Numbered from the stretch's first letter, positions 1-11,426 are shown. The stretch is DNA of 64,000 bases from Arcobacteraceae bacterium (GCA_048268245.1 JBLWVX010000005.1:56003-120002), one strand, 5' to 3'. The notes: generated by a model not told the origin, from the letters alone. Made by a program: numbers and translations.

Positions 1-1630
1 AGAAGATATAGGATTAAGAGTTGGAATAATAGGGCAACCTGATGTTGATTCTGATGTTGATATCAAAAGATTAGGTGAACCAAAACTTTTTTGGGGTGTA
101 AGTGGTGGAAGTATTGACTCTATGGTGTCAAACTATACTGCTACAAAGAAGTTTAGAAATTCAGATGATTACACTCCTGGTGGAAAAAACGATAAAAGAC
201 CAGATAGAGCTACTTTAGTATATACAAATCTAATTAGAAGACATTTTAAAAATACAGTTCCTGTTGTTCTTGGAGGAATTGAGGCAAGTCTTAGAAGATT
301 AACTCACTATGATTACTGGACAAATAAGCTTAGAAAGCCAATACTTTTTGATTCAAAAGCTGACTATATGATTTATGGTATGGGTGAACAAGCTATTATT
401 GATTTAGGAAATACTTTAAGACAGGGTGGAGATCCAAGAAATATTAGAGGACTTTGCTATATTTCAAAAGAAGCACCTACTGATGAAAACTTCAAAGAAA
501 TACCATCACATCAAGAGTGTTTAGATGATAAAGAAAAATACATAGACCTTTTTAGAGATTTTTATGATAATAATGACCCAATATACTCAAAAGGGCTTTA
601 TCAAAAAGTTGATAATCGATATCTAATCCAAAATCCACCAAGTGACCATATGGATGAAGATGAAATGGATAAAATAGCATCTTTTCCATATCAAAGAGAT
701 GCCCATCCCTATCATAAAAAAGATGGAAAAGTTAAGTGTTTAGAGACTATCAAGTTTTCAATTATGACTCACCATGGATGTTGGGGAGAGTGTAACTTCT
801 GTGCTATTGCTGCTCACCAAGGTAGAACTATTAGAACAAGAAGTGAAAAAAACATCTTAGAAGAAGCAAAATCTTTTACTAAAATGAAAGACTTTAAAGG
901 AATTATCTCTGATGTTGGTGGTCCAACTGCTAATATGTACGGTTATGAGTGTAAAAAGAAAATGAAACTTGGAACTTGTGTGGATAATAAAAGATGTGTA
1001 GATGCAACAAGACTTTGTAGAACAATGAAAGTTGACCATAGTAGAAACATACAACTTTTAAAAGATATTAGAGAAATTCCAGGAATTAAAAAAGCCTTTG
1101 TAGCTTCTGGTGTTAGATATGATTTAATTACTGCTGATAAAAAACATGGGTATGAGTATTTAAAAGAGATGGTTGACCATCATATTTCAGGTCAAATGAA
1201 AGTTGCACCTGAACATACTAGTGATGAAGTGCTTCATCATATGGGAAAACCTGGAAAACAAACACTTATTGATTTTAAAAAGATGTATGATAGATTAAAT
1301 AAAGAATCAGGTAAAAAACAGTTCCTAACATACTATTTAATTGCAGCTCATCCTGGGTGTGAAGAGAAGCATATGAAAGAGCTTAAGGATTTCACTACAA
1401 ATGAACTTAAGATGAATCCAGAACAAGCACAAGTATTTACCCCAACACCAGGTACTTATTCTGCTGTAATGTATTATACAGGTCTTGATCCATTTACAAA
1501 GAAAAAAATCTTCGTAGAAAAAGATCCAAGAAGAAAAGAGAAGCAAAAAGAGATTGTTATTAAAAAACATAAATTTAACCACTATGGTGGAACAAAGAAA
1601 AGAGAATTCGGTGCAGGAATGCAAGGGTAA
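1..1630 (+). CDS. YgiQ-family radical SAM protein (5' end lies outside window)
   Basis: CxxxCxxC motif (GCWGECNFC); GGIEASLRR and DVGGPTANMYG motifs; frame is open upstream of the Met at 122. Confidence 0.9.
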   Translation, partial: EDIGLRVGIIGQPDVDSDVDIKRLGEPKLFWGVSGGSIDSMVSNYTATKKFRNSDDYTPGGKNDKRPDRATLVYTNLIRRHFKNTVPVVLGGIEASLRRLTHYDYWTNKLRKPILFDSKADYMIYGMGEQAIIDLGNTLRQGGDPRNIRGLCYISKEAPTDENFKEIPSHQECLDDKEKYIDLFRDFYDNNDPIYSKGLYQKVDNRYLIQNPPSDHMDEDEMDKIASFPYQRDAHPYHKKDGKVKCLETIKFSIMTHHGCWGECNFCAIAAHQGRTIRTRSEKNILEEAKSFTKMKDFKGIISDVGGPTANMYGYECKKKMKLGTCVDNKRCVDATRLCRTMKVDHSRNIQLLKDIREIPGIKKAFVASGVRYDLITADKKHGYEYLKEMVDHHISGQMKVAPEHTSDEVLHHMGKPGKQTLIDFKKMYDRLNKESGKKQFLTYYLIAAHPGCEEKHMKELKDFTTNELKMNPEQAQVFTPTPGTYSAVMYYTGLDPFTKKKIFVEKDPRRKEKQKEIVIKKHKFNHYGGTKKREFGAGMQG

Positions 1631-1728
1631 CTCTTTTTAAATCAAGGTATTCTTTACCTTTGATTTAATAACATTTTCGATAAAATCTCATTATTAAAAA
1701 CTTAAATATACTCAAGGAAAATCTATAT

Positions 1729-2313
1729 ATGAAAAAACTATTTTTAATCATTGGAGCTCCAGGTTCTGGAAAAACTACTGATGCTGAACTAATCGCACAA
1801 AAACATGAAGATATTACACACTATTCTGCTGGTGGTATGTTTAGAGCTGAGGTTGCAAGTGGTAGTGACAGAGGACAATTAATAGACTCTTTTATTTCAA
1901 AAGGTCTTATTGTTCCTATTGATATTGCAATTGAAACTATAGTAGATGCTATTAAAAATGCTCCAACAAAAGTAGTAATAATTGATGGTTATCCAAGATC
2001 AAATGAGCAAATGACTGAACTTGATAAATACTTAGAGAATGAAAAAGAAGTTGAATTATCAAGTGTTATTGAAGTTGAAGTATCAAAAGATACTGCTTTT
2101 AAAAGAGTTTTAGGAAGAGCTGCAGTTGATGAGGTTGTAAGAGCTGATGATAATGAAGAAGTATTTTTAAATAGAATGAGAGTTTATACTGAGCCATTAA
2201 AAGAGATTCAAGAGTTTTATCAAGAGAAAAACTTACATAAGGTAATTTCAGGTGAAGGAACTATTGAGCAGATTGTAAGTGAAATGAATGAGTTTATTGA
2301 ATCTAAAATCTAA
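1729..2313 (+). CDS. adk: Adenylate kinase (short form)
   Basis: [10 protein letters not shown]-loop, IDGYPR, RADD motifs; AAGGA RBS. Confidence 0.93.
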   Translation: MKKLFLIIGAPGSGKTTDAELIAQKHEDITHYSAGGMFRAEVASGSDRGQLIDSFISKGLIVPIDIAIETIVDAIKNAPTKVVIIDGYPRSNEQMTELDKYLENEKEVELSSVIEVEVSKDTAFKRVLGRAAVDEVVRADDNEEVFLNRMRVYTEPLKEIQEFYQEKNLHKVISGEGTIEQIVSEMNEFIESKI

Positions 2314-3068
2314 TGGTAAAAAAAGTTAATTTCTACTCAGTTATTATTGGAACTGAGCTATTAAATGGGCGACGAAAAGATGCCCATTTTTCCTTTTTGA
2401 ATGAACAACTATTAAGAAGAGGTTGGGAACATAAAGCCTCTTTTGTAATAGAAGATGACACAGAGCTAATGCTAAATATCTTTAATCTTATAAAAGCTGA
2501 TAAAAACTCTGTTATGTTTTGTTTTGGTGGTATTGGTTCAACTCCGGATGATTATACAAGACAAACAGCTGCAAAAGCTTTTACTGATTCAAAGATGGAA
2601 TTTCATAAAGAGTCAAAAAGAAAAATAGAGAATAGATTTAAAGAAGAAGCATATCCTCATAGAATAAATATGGCATATCTTCCTATAAATGCAAAATTAC
2701 TTCAAAATGTAGTAAATGACATACCAGGGTTTTATTTAGAAGATAGATTCTTCTTTACACCAGGATTTCCTTCAATGAGTCAAAGTATGGTAATAGAAGC
2801 ATTAGATAAGTTGTATCCTAAAAGTACTGCTAAATATAAAAGAGTTTTAACTGCATCTTGCGGTGAAAATGATTTAATTGATATTATGAAAAAAATGCCA
2901 AGTCATTTAGATTTTGCATCATTACCTAAAATAATAGATGAAAAAAGAAAAGTAGTAATTTTTCTTGCAGGATATGAAAGTGCTGAGGTTGATGAAAACT
3001 TTCAACTTTTTATAGATTATTTAGAAGAAAATGAAGTAGAGTATGTTTTAAAAGATATAAGTTTTTAA
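2313..3068 (+). CDS. CinA-like / molybdopterin-binding domain protein
   Basis: IIGTELLNGR, GGIGSTPDDYT and PGFP motifs. Confidence 0.85.
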   Translation: MVKKVNFYSVIIGTELLNGRRKDAHFSFLNEQLLRRGWEHKASFVIEDDTELMLNIFNLIKADKNSVMFCFGGIGSTPDDYTRQTAAKAFTDSKMEFHKESKRKIENRFKEEAYPHRINMAYLPINAKLLQNVVNDIPGFYLEDRFFFTPGFPSMSQSMVIEALDKLYPKSTAKYKRVLTASCGENDLIDIMKKMPSHLDFASLPKIIDEKRKVVIFLAGYESAEVDENFQLFIDYLEENEVEYVLKDISF

Positions 3069-3076
3069 ATAGTTAT

Positions 3077-3643
3077 CTACTCTACGGGTTTATTATAATC
3101 TCCAATTTGCCAACCTTTGTCTTTTGGGTATTTAGCTAAATTATAATCCCTCCAAACTTTTTTACATAGTTTATCACCTTTTTCATACTGCTTTTTAGCA
3201 AAGACATGGGCTCTTCCAAAGTTTGGAAAGGCACCTTTCCCACTTGCATACATATAAGAAATATAGCAATTTGCTTTATACTCTTTTTGTTTTGAGGCTT
3301 CTTTGAAATAGTATAAAGCTTTATCATAGTCTTTAGGTGTTGTTATTCCTTGTAAAAAAAGCCTACCTGCAATTAGTTGTGATTTTGCATGACCTTTATT
3401 TGCTGCGTATACAAAGCTATTGTATGCTTTTATCTTATCATAGTATTTAGTTTTTTTAGATAGATATATTTTCCCTAAAGTATAATAGGCATCTAAGTTT
3501 TTGTTCTCTTTTGAAAGTAAAAGTAAAGTATATGCTTTATCAATATCTTTATTTTTTATGTATTTTAAGGCTTCATCATAGTAGTTTGTTGTTGCAAATA
3601 GTAAGTTTGATAAAATACTCAAGGCAACAACAGTTTTTTTCAT
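3077..3643 (-). CDS. Exported Sel1-repeat (TPR-like) protein
   Basis: Signal peptide; repeats such as [28 protein letters not shown]. Confidence 0.85.
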   Translation of the reverse strand: MKKTVVALSILSNLLFATTNYYDEALKYIKNKDIDKAYTLLLLSKENKNLDAYYTLGKIYLSKKTKYYDKIKAYNSFVYAANKGHAKSQLIAGRLFLQGITTPKDYDKALYYFKEASKQKEYKANCYISYMYASGKGAFPNFGRAHVFAKKQYEKGDKLCKKVWRDYNLAKYPKDKGWQIGDYNKPVE

Positions 3644-4662
3644 ACTATTTGCCTTGGTATTTGTGTGTTAAGTGTTGTTATGATTTCATAAGTAATAGTA
3701 TCATGAATCTTTGCTAAATCCTTTGCATCATCAAAAATACATACTTCTTTTTCATCACAGTTTAATGATAAGTTATCCATAGATACTCTTCCTAAAATTC
3801 TATAACCTTTAGGTGTAAAGTATTCAGTTCTTTCATTTATTCTTAAAAATCCATCGCCATAACCTAAGTCATATGTTGAAGCTATCATGTCTTCTTTTGC
3901 TTTATATGTTCCACCATATCCAATAGTTTGACCTTTAGTTATTTTTCTAGTAGCAATTTTTTTAGCCCAAAGTGATAAAACAGGTTTTAAAGCTGGTACC
4001 TTTAAAGGTTTTTTATTTTCAATATAACCATAAGTGGCTATTCCAACTCTAGCAAAATCTTCATCAAAGTGGTTATGTCTAAATAAAGCAGAAGAGTTAC
4101 AAGAATGGAACTTTGGAAGTGGTAGTGAAAGTTTTTCACATAAATTCACAACTATTCTTTTAACCTCCTTAAAATTCTCATTTTGCCAATAAAACTCTGT
4201 TGATAATTCATCTGCACTTCTATGATGAGTAAATACTCCAGTAATGTTTACATTTTTCTTACATAAGCCTTCAATACATTCTTCTAGTTCATTTATTGAA
4301 ATTCCATTTCTATGCATTCCCGTATCAACTTTTATATGAACATTAGCATTTTCTGGCAAATTGCTAATATTTTCTATGGAGTTTAAGGCTATGTGAAAAG
4401 TCTGTGAATAAGTAGGAAAATTTGTTTCAGCTAGGATTAATATATAGTCAAATAATTTTTCTATTTTAATAGCTTCTTCATAGGTTCTAACCACTGCTTT
4501 TTTTATACCAAATTCACTTGCCATAGTGGCTATCTCAACTAATCCATGACCATAAGCATTGTCTTTTAGTACAACGGCTACTTTTTCTTTACTTCCTGCA
4601 TACTTTTTGATTATTTCTAGGTTATGAAATAAGTTTTCTTTACTTAATAGGATTTTTGCCAA
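3640..4662 (-). CDS. alr: Alanine racemase
   Basis: [10 protein letters not shown] (PLP lysine), [23 protein letters not shown]. Confidence 0.95.
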   Translation of the reverse strand: MAKILLSKENLFHNLEIIKKYAGSKEKVAVVLKDNAYGHGLVEIATMASEFGIKKAVVRTYEEAIKIEKLFDYILILAETNFPTYSQTFHIALNSIENISNLPENANVHIKVDTGMHRNGISINELEECIEGLCKKNVNITGVFTHHRSADELSTEFYWQNENFKEVKRIVVNLCEKLSLPLPKFHSCNSSALFRHNHFDEDFARVGIATYGYIENKKPLKVPALKPVLSLWAKKIATRKITKGQTIGYGGTYKAKEDMIASTYDLGYGDGFLRINERTEYFTPKGYRILGRVSMDNLSLNCDEKEVCIFDDAKDLAKIHDTITYEIITTLNTQIPRQIV

Positions 4663-4666
4663 ACTA

Positions 4667-6517
4667 TTATTCCCCGTTTTCTTTAAAATAATTATATATT
4701 AGGTTTGCATCTTTTTCATTTATAACTTCTTTTAATTCTTCAACTGATGCATTTTTAATTTTTTCAAACTCTCCAAAGTATAAAAGAAGTTTTTTAACTT
4801 TTGCTTCACCAATACCTTTTATTTGAAGTAATGAAATCTGTTTATCTTCTTTTCTTTTTTGTTTTTTGTGAAAGTTGATTACAAATCTATGGGCTTCATC
4901 CCTTTGTCTTTGAACAAATTGAAGTCTTTGGTCACTTGTTTTTAGTTTTATATTTCTAATAGATCCATCTTTATGTTTATAATGAACTATATCTTTAGCT
5001 GCACCTTTAGCTCTATGGGCTTTTGCATCTACTTTTTCTTTTGCAATAGCTATAATGTCAAGGTTTACACCAACAGATTGAACTATATCAAAAGCAAGTT
5101 TAAGTAGAGTCTCACCTCCATCAATAACCCATAAATCAGGAGCAGGGTTTTTCTCAAAACTATCAACTCTTCTCATTAGCATTTCTCTCATTTGAGAGTA
5201 TTCATCTTTTGATTCTAAGTTATAGTGTCTAAAAGCTTTTCTATCAAAAGAGTTTAACTCTTCATTCCAAACAACCATAGCTCCAACTGTTGCTTGACCC
5301 ATCATATGTGAATTATCAAAAGACTCAACTCTATAAGGTAATAAAGATAGGTTAAATAGGTTTTTCAATTCATCATAAATCGTAGTTTGATTTCTACTTG
5401 AAACAATTCTAAGAAGCTCATCACAGTTGCTTAAGGCGATTTCTAAAAGAGTTTTTTTCTTTCCTCTTTGAGGTGTAATTATGCTTATGTTTCTTTCAAA
5501 TCTGTTTTTTAAGAACCCTTCTAGCTCTTCTTTATCTTCAACTTCTTGAGCTGTTAATACTTCTTTTGGTAAAAGTGGTATTTCATTGTCATAGTAGTTA
5601 ATAATAGCTCTTTTATAGGCTTCATTTAAATCTATGTTTGTATTGTTTTCTAAGAAGTCAAGTTTTACAAAATCGTGGGAAGAAGAAGTTAGTTTACCAT
5701 CTCTTATAAACATTCTTACAATCACAGCTTTTTTAGTTCCTGCTTTTATAGCAAATAAGTCTAAATCTTCATTTGTAGCTAAATCCATACCTGATTTGAT
5801 TTGAGATTTTTCTATTGTTTTTATTCTATCTCGAAGTTTCATTGCTTCTTCAAACCTAAACTCTTCTGAGTATTGCATCATTTTTTCTTCTAGCTTTGAA
5901 ATTAGCTTTGTTTTATTGTATATAAAATTAAGTGCTTCTTCCACTATTTTTCCATAATCAGCAGTTGAAATTTTACCTTCACAAGGAGCATGACACTTTT
6001 TGATTTGATGGAAAAGACAAGCTTCTTTTCCTTTTACACATGATTTTTTTTGTACAAGAGGAACTATCTCATAAATAGAATCAAGCATATCTTTTGCCCC
6101 TATTGAGTAAGGTCCAAAATATTTAATATTTTTGCCTTTATATACTTTTCTTGTTATTTCAAGTCTAGGAAAAAGCTCATTATAATCAACCATAATATAA
6201 GGATATGTTTTGTCATCTCTAAGAAGAATATTGTATTTAGGTTTTAACTGTTTTATTAAAGAGTTTTCCAAAATCAAAGCATCATGCTCATTTGGAACAA
6301 CTATCCATTCTAAAGATACAACTTCTGTAATCATTTTATAAATTCTAGGACCTAGTTTATCAGATGGAAGAAGTTTTGGAGTAAATTTGAAGTATGATCG
6401 AACTCTATTTTTAAGTACTTTTGCTTTTCCTATATAAAGTAAATGACCATCTTTATCAAAGTATTGATATACCCCAGCATCATTTGGTAGTTGTTTAAGT
6501 TTCTCTTCTAATTGCAT
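4667..6517 (-). CDS. uvrC: Excinuclease ABC subunit C
   Basis: GIY-YIG N-terminus (GVYQY..LYIGKAK), [30 protein letters not shown]-terminal HhH. Confidence 0.97.
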   Translation of the reverse strand: MQLEEKLKQLPNDAGVYQYFDKDGHLLYIGKAKVLKNRVRSYFKFTPKLLPSDKLGPRIYKMITEVVSLEWIVVPNEHDALILENSLIKQLKPKYNILLRDDKTYPYIMVDYNELFPRLEITRKVYKGKNIKYFGPYSIGAKDMLDSIYEIVPLVQKKSCVKGKEACLFHQIKKCHAPCEGKISTADYGKIVEEALNFIYNKTKLISKLEEKMMQYSEEFRFEEAMKLRDRIKTIEKSQIKSGMDLATNEDLDLFAIKAGTKKAVIVRMFIRDGKLTSSSHDFVKLDFLENNTNIDLNEAYKRAIINYYDNEIPLLPKEVLTAQEVEDKEELEGFLKNRFERNISIITPQRGKKKTLLEIALSNCDELLRIVSSRNQTTIYDELKNLFNLSLLPYRVESFDNSHMMGQATVGAMVVWNEELNSFDRKAFRHYNLESKDEYSQMREMLMRRVDSFEKNPAPDLWVIDGGETLLKLAFDIVQSVGVNLDIIAIAKEKVDAKAHRAKGAAKDIVHYKHKDGSIRNIKLKTSDQRLQFVQRQRDEAHRFVINFHKKQKRKEDKQISLLQIKGIGEAKVKKLLLYFGEFEKIKNASVEELKEVINEKDANLIYNYFKENGE

Positions 6518-6594
6518 TTTGAAATAATATCCAAAAAATGCTTTACAAGAATTATAAGTTTGGTTAAATTTTGTTTAAATAAACCTTTAGCTAA

Positions 6595-7140
6595 TTATTT
6601 AGCTAAAAGTCCATTTTTTACACTTTGGTAGGTTTCATTTCCACAAAGAGTTTTTACTAATTGTAGAGCAAAAGTTGTAGCAGTTCCTGGTCCTCTTGAA
6701 GTTATAACTTTACCATCTTCTACAACATCTTGCGTTGAACTATATCCTTTATCTCTTATTTTTTGCTCAAAAGAGGGATAACAAGTATAATTTGTGTTTA
6801 AAACATTAGCTTTATGAAGTGCATAGGGTGCTGCACAGATTGCTGCTATATATTTATCACTATTTTTCATAGTTTTTAAAAGTTCTTGTACTTTTTCATT
6901 TTCAGCAAGTGTAAAAGCATTTGGTAGTCCACCAGGAAGTACAATCATATCAAACTCATCAGAGTTAATATCTTCAATCATACAATCAGCTATAATTTTT
7001 ATACTGTTTGCTCCTTGTGTCTGTAAAGATTCAACACCAGCTACGCATACTTCAATACCAGCTCTTCTACATATATCGATAATTGATACAGCTTCAATCT
7101 CTTCAAATCCATTTGAAATAGGTACTATGATTTTTGCCAT
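6595..7140 (-). CDS. DJ-1/PfpI family glyoxalase (YajL/ThiJ-like)
   Basis: GFEEIEA, LPGG, AAICAAP, TSRGPGT. Confidence 0.92.
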   Translation of the reverse strand: MAKIIVPISNGFEEIEAVSIIDICRRAGIEVCVAGVESLQTQGANSIKIIADCMIEDINSDEFDMIVLPGGLPNAFTLAENEKVQELLKTMKNSDKYIAAICAAPYALHKANVLNTNYTCYPSFEQKIRDKGYSSTQDVVEDGKVITSRGPGTATTFALQLVKTLCGNETYQSVKNGLLAK

Positions 7141-7182
7141 TATATCTCCTAAGTTTAGTTTATTTATTATATAAAATTATAA

Positions 7183-8085
7183 TTAATGATAATTTATATA
7201 GTAGGGTTGCTCTTCTATTTTTTGACTACCAACATTTTCAAAACCAAGTATTTTTTTTGGTGTCATTAATGGTTTTATATCATTGTTATAAAAGATTTTA
7301 AATCCACCTATAGCTCTGTTTGTTTGTTCTCTTGCATATAAGGCATTGTAGATTTTAACTTTTACTCCTGCTTGTCCATGTCCATCTATATTATAAATTA
7401 GTTTTATGTTTTTATAGTTTTTTATATCATCTTTTTGTCTTAACATTCTTTTATGGAACATATGAACTATGATTTTTTTAGCAGTTTTAATATCATTTTC
7501 TTTTAGGTATGAACTTACATACTCTTGAAGTTCATTTAACTCTTTAGCTTTTACATGGCCTACATATTTTCCTGGTGGGTATCTTCTATGTGTTGGGATT
7601 CTAAATTCTGGATCAATAGCTAAGTGTACATTTTCATACTTTAGATATTTAAGAAGTGGTTCTACTGCTTCTTTTGGTGTTTTTACTGATAATTGAACAT
7701 CTAAAATTACAGCAAAGTTTTCTTTTCGGGCTCTTTTTATATATTTTAATACTGTTTTTTCACTCATTCCTAAAAGGTAATCATTTCTTCTACCTGGGTC
7801 TTTTGTTGCAAGGGAGTGAATAATATGAAATGCCATCTTTACTTTAATATTTTTATTAAAAGACTCTAAATCTTTTTTATAGTATTTTTGTTTCTCTCTC
7901 ATTTTAATAACAAGTTCATCAATATTATTTTCTCCTAAAATACCTAAAGATTTACTATTTGGTCTTCCATAAAAGCCAACTAAAACTTCATTTTTATAGC
8001 TTTTTGAATACTCTGTAGTTTTGGCATTTAGTGTATTTAAGAAAAGTAGGGCTATAAGACTTATAAAGCATAGTATTTTATTCAT
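7183..8085 (-). CDS. Exported conserved hypothetical protein
   Basis: 300-aa ORF with signal peptide; FYGRP, LDVQ, HLAIDPEF, DGHG motifs; function not assigned. Confidence 0.7.
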   Translation of the reverse strand: MNKILCFISLIALLFLNTLNAKTTEYSKSYKNEVLVGFYGRPNSKSLGILGENNIDELVIKMREKQKYYKKDLESFNKNIKVKMAFHIIHSLATKDPGRRNDYLLGMSEKTVLKYIKRARKENFAVILDVQLSVKTPKEAVEPLLKYLKYENVHLAIDPEFRIPTHRRYPPGKYVGHVKAKELNELQEYVSSYLKENDIKTAKKIIVHMFHKRMLRQKDDIKNYKNIKLIYNIDGHGQAGVKVKIYNALYAREQTNRAIGGFKIFYNNDIKPLMTPKKILGFENVGSQKIEEQPYYINYH

Positions 8086-8213
8086 TTTCTGCCTCGAAAA
8101 AAATTATTTTACTTTAAAGTATATTCTAATATCTTGAAATAAAATTTAAAATTTTCTAATAAGGCACTTTACAGTTAAATATTATTAGTATTTCATTAAA
8201 AAAAGGAAAAGTT

Positions 8214-8909
8214 TTGCCAGGAAGATTAGCTGTATTTGATGATAACTCTTTTAAAGAAGACTCAAAATATTTGATAAAAAATGATATGGTAGGAGTTTTA
8301 CAAAAAAGATACAATATCCCACCAACTACACCTATTCCTGCACTTTTAAATAATGGTAACTATTTATATACTCATTTTGGTTTTTTACCTTCTTGGGCAA
8401 GTTCAAAATCTTCTATGAACATAAATGCAAGAAGTGAGAGTATTTATGAAAAAAAGACTTTTAGAGAAGCTTTTAGATTTAAAAGATGTATTATTCCTAT
8501 AAATGGTTTTTATGAATGGCAAATAGAAGATAAAGAGAAAACACCTTTTTTTGTAAAAGACATGAAACATGACTATTTAGGTGTTGCTGGTATTTGGGAT
8601 GAGTACTTTGAAGAGCAGTTAAATATGAATATTGTAACAGTAGCTTTAATAACTTGTGATGCAAATGATAAATTAGGAAAAATTCATCATCGAATGCCAG
8701 TGATTTTAGAGAAAAAAGAGTTTTCAACTTGGCTTAAAAGTGATGACTTAAAAGAAGTAAATTCTCTTTTTAAAATCTATGAGTCAGAAAAACTAGACCT
8801 TTATGAAGTATCAAGTGATGTTAATAAAGTTCTATTTGACAAACCTTCATGTATTCAAAAAGTAGAAAAAAAAGAGTTTGAACCTACTGGGCAGTTATCA
8901 CTTTTCTAA
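8214..8909 (+). CDS. SOS response-associated peptidase (SRAP/YedK/HMCES family), MPGR variant
   Basis: RYNIPP, INARSE, RCIIP..GFYEW, IHHRMPVIL; TTG start after AAGGA RBS. Confidence 0.9.
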   Translation: MPGRLAVFDDNSFKEDSKYLIKNDMVGVLQKRYNIPPTTPIPALLNNGNYLYTHFGFLPSWASSKSSMNINARSESIYEKKTFREAFRFKRCIIPINGFYEWQIEDKEKTPFFVKDMKHDYLGVAGIWDEYFEEQLNMNIVTVALITCDANDKLGKIHHRMPVILEKKEFSTWLKSDDLKEVNSLFKIYESEKLDLYEVSSDVNKVLFDKPSCIQKVEKKEFEPTGQLSLF

Positions 8910-9656
8910 AGCTTTAAACCATAAAATCCAAAGATTAGTGCATATCTTTTTATAAGCTTTTAGTTTTTCTTTGTGCTCCTTTTTTACGTTTTTAAAATAC
9001 TCTTTTAATAAATACTTTTCTTGTTTTTTGTTTAGCTTATATTCTATACACAAAGCTGCTAAATCAAAAAATCTGTCATTAACACAAGCAAATTCCCAAT
9101 CAATTAAAAAAGCTTTATTTCTATGAAAAAGTATATTTTTTAGGTTTAAATCATGGTGACATAAAACTAAATCTTTTTTATACTTTTTTAAAGTATATAG
9201 TTGTTTTAAAGATTGACTAACAAGAGTTTTTGTTTTTTTATCTTTTAAGAGTTTTTTATAGTTCTTAAAATCTTTTTTTAAATCATAAGGCTTTTGTTTT
9301 ATTTTTATAGTATGAAGCTTTTTAAGAGTTCTTATAACTGCTTTTAAATGAGCTTTTTTAAGTTTTTCTTTGTGCTCACCTTTTATAAAATCACAGATCA
9401 TTAATGAGTTTTTTTTATCTAAGATATAGGCTTTCGCACCTATATTTCTTTTGTAAGCTTTATTTTGTATTTTAAACTCAGTTTCTCTTTTTTTCTTTTC
9501 TTTATGGGTGTGTTTAAAAACTCTTATACTATAAGTTTTTTTGCTACTTTCTAGTTTGTATATGGTATTGCATACGCCTTGGTTTTCTAGAAGCTTTACA
9601 CTTAAAAGCTCTTCACTTTTAAAAAGTCTATACTCTTTAAGCTTTTTGATCTTCAT
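8898..9656 (-). CDS. Choline/thiamine kinase-like phosphotransferase (APH family)
   Basis: CHHDLNxxN and LIDWEFA motifs; overlaps the upstream pnuC-family gene. Confidence 0.82.
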   Translation of the reverse strand: MKIKKLKEYRLFKSEELLSVKLLENQGVCNTIYKLESSKKTYSIRVFKHTHKEKKKRETEFKIQNKAYKRNIGAKAYILDKKNSLMICDFIKGEHKEKLKKAHLKAVIRTLKKLHTIKIKQKPYDLKKDFKNYKKLLKDKKTKTLVSQSLKQLYTLKKYKKDLVLCHHDLNLKNILFHRNKAFLIDWEFACVNDRFFDLAALCIEYKLNKKQEKYLLKEYFKNVKKEHKEKLKAYKKICTNLWILWFKALEK

Positions 9657-10248
9657 AATCTTTTTTCCATTTTAAGTATGCTACAAATGCAAGAACTGTA
9701 TAAATTGCAAATAAAATAGCAGTTAGCTTTAAATCTTTTTGAATATAAATATAAATAGAAATAGTATCTATTACTATCCAATAAATCCAGTTTTCTAGTA
9801 CTTTTTTTGCTAGCATGTATGTAGAAAATATTGCAAATACAGTAGTAAAAGAATCAATATAAGCAAAATCAGCATGGGTATAAGTTGCCATGATAAAGCC
9901 AAGTATTGAAGATATGATACTTAAAGCTATAATTATTTGTATGTTTTTCTTTATTCCATAGCTAGTAACTTCTAATTCTTTTTCTTGTAGTTTATTTCCA
10001 TATCTCCAAGAATACCAACCATAAAGTGCCATAACTAAATAGTATACATTTAAAGCACTATCCATTAGAAGTGCTACATCAAAAAATATTATTGCATAAA
10101 TAAGGGTTGAAAAAAATGCAGCTACCCAACACCATAAATTTTGTTTGATAGCAAGAAGTAGGTAAGCAATAGATAAACTCATAGCTATTGCTTCCCAATT
10201 TGACATAATTTTTAAATAATCAATTACAGGGGTAATAAAATCTTCGAT
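9637..10248 (-). CDS. pnuC: PnuC-family vitamin/nucleoside transporter
   Basis: YGWYSW, YIDSFTT, KKVLENWIYWIVID; first ATG is at 10206, but the RBS suggests a non-canonical start near 10248. Confidence 0.85.
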   Translation of the reverse strand: MEDFITPVIDYLKIMSNWEAIAMSLSIAYLLLAIKQNLWCWVAAFFSTLIYAIIFFDVALLMDSALNVYYLVMALYGWYSWRYGNKLQEKELEVTSYGIKKNIQIIIALSIISSILGFIMATYTHADFAYIDSFTTVFAIFSTYMLAKKVLENWIYWIVIDTISIYIYIQKDLKLTAILFAIYTVLAFVAYLKWKKDYEDQKA

Positions 10249-10300
10249 AATAAATCCTTTTTATAAAAAAGGAAATATATCTAAAATGTTCTAAAAAAAA

Positions 10301-10849
10301 CTATTTATTTAAAAGCTCTTTTATTTTTGGTTCTATGTCTAAAGGTTTTGTAGTTGAACCATATCTTTCAACAACATTTCCTTTTTTATCAATAAGAAAC
10401 TTTGTAAAGTTCCATTTTATGCTTTCAGTTCCAAATACTCCTGCCGCTTCTTTTTTCAGGTGAGTATATAAAGGGTGTTCATTATCACCATTTACATCAA
10501 TCTTAGAAAACATATCAAATTTTACACCAAATGTTAGGGTACAAAACTCTTTTATCTCTTCATTTGTTCCTGGTTCTTGGTTTGCAAACTGGTTTGAAGG
10601 AAAACCTAAAACCATAAAATTTTCATCTTTATATTTAGCATGAAGCTTTTCTAAGCCTTCATATTGAGAAGTAAAACCACATTTGCTAGCTACATTTACT
10701 ATTAGAAGAACTTTGTCTTTATATTTTGACATGGAAATCTCTTTTCCCTCTATATCTTTTACTTTAAAATCATAAATACTCATACTATTCTCCTTAGCAA
10801 ATAAAGTTCCAATTAACAATGAAAGTATTACAGTTAATTTTAATATCAT
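10301..10849 (-). CDS. Glutathione peroxidase family protein with signal peptide
   Basis: VNVASKCGFT, GFPSNQF..QEPG, IKWNFTKFL. Confidence 0.93.
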   Translation of the reverse strand: MILKLTVILSLLIGTLFAKENSMSIYDFKVKDIEGKEISMSKYKDKVLLIVNVASKCGFTSQYEGLEKLHAKYKDENFMVLGFPSNQFANQEPGTNEEIKEFCTLTFGVKFDMFSKIDVNGDNEHPLYTHLKKEAAGVFGTESIKWNFTKFLIDKKGNVVERYGSTTKPLDIEPKIKELLNK

Positions 10850-10912
10850 AATATGTTCCTTTATTTTAATAACATATTTTAACGCAAATTACTGTTGTTT
10901 TGTATGTGTTTT

Positions 10913-11426
10913 TTATAAATTCACATTAACTTGGTTTCTTCCAAGCTCTTTTGATTTGTATAATGCTTTATCTGCTCTTGCAATAATAGTGTCTAAGTTT
11001 TCATCAATATTTTTAATTTGGGATATTCCTATACTAATAGTTACTGGTATATCAAGCTTTTTATTTTTAAAGTTATTTTCACTAAAAAAGTTTCTAATAT
11101 TTTCAGATAGATTTGATGCTCCTTGTATATCTGTATTATTTAAAATAATCATAAATTTTTCCCCACCTGTACGTGCTAGAATATCTGACTTTCTAATTCT
11201 ACTTTTAAGTGAACTTGAAACATACATCAATACTTCATCTCCTATTTGATGACCAAAGTCTAGTATTTACAATATTATTAAAAAGACTTGATGCTTCTTG
11301 AAAAAGTATTTTTTGAGATACTTTAATATAACTTACTTTTGTTTGATTAATATAGTTTACAATGATTACTGTAAATATAAAAATTAAAGTGACTATAAAA
11401 TAAATAATGAAGTTTTTGTTTTTCAT
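10913..11426 (-). pseudogene. Internally deleted membrane-anchored diguanylate cyclase
   Basis: N-terminal TM fragment (11235-11426) joined out of frame to FGHQIGDEVL..ARTGGEKF..ADKALY, the C-terminal part of a GGDEF domain. Confidence 0.75.

Noticed and set aside
10207..10300. TPP riboswitch upstream of pnuC
   Set aside because: No CTGAGA or other TPP consensus; the region is too short and AT-rich.
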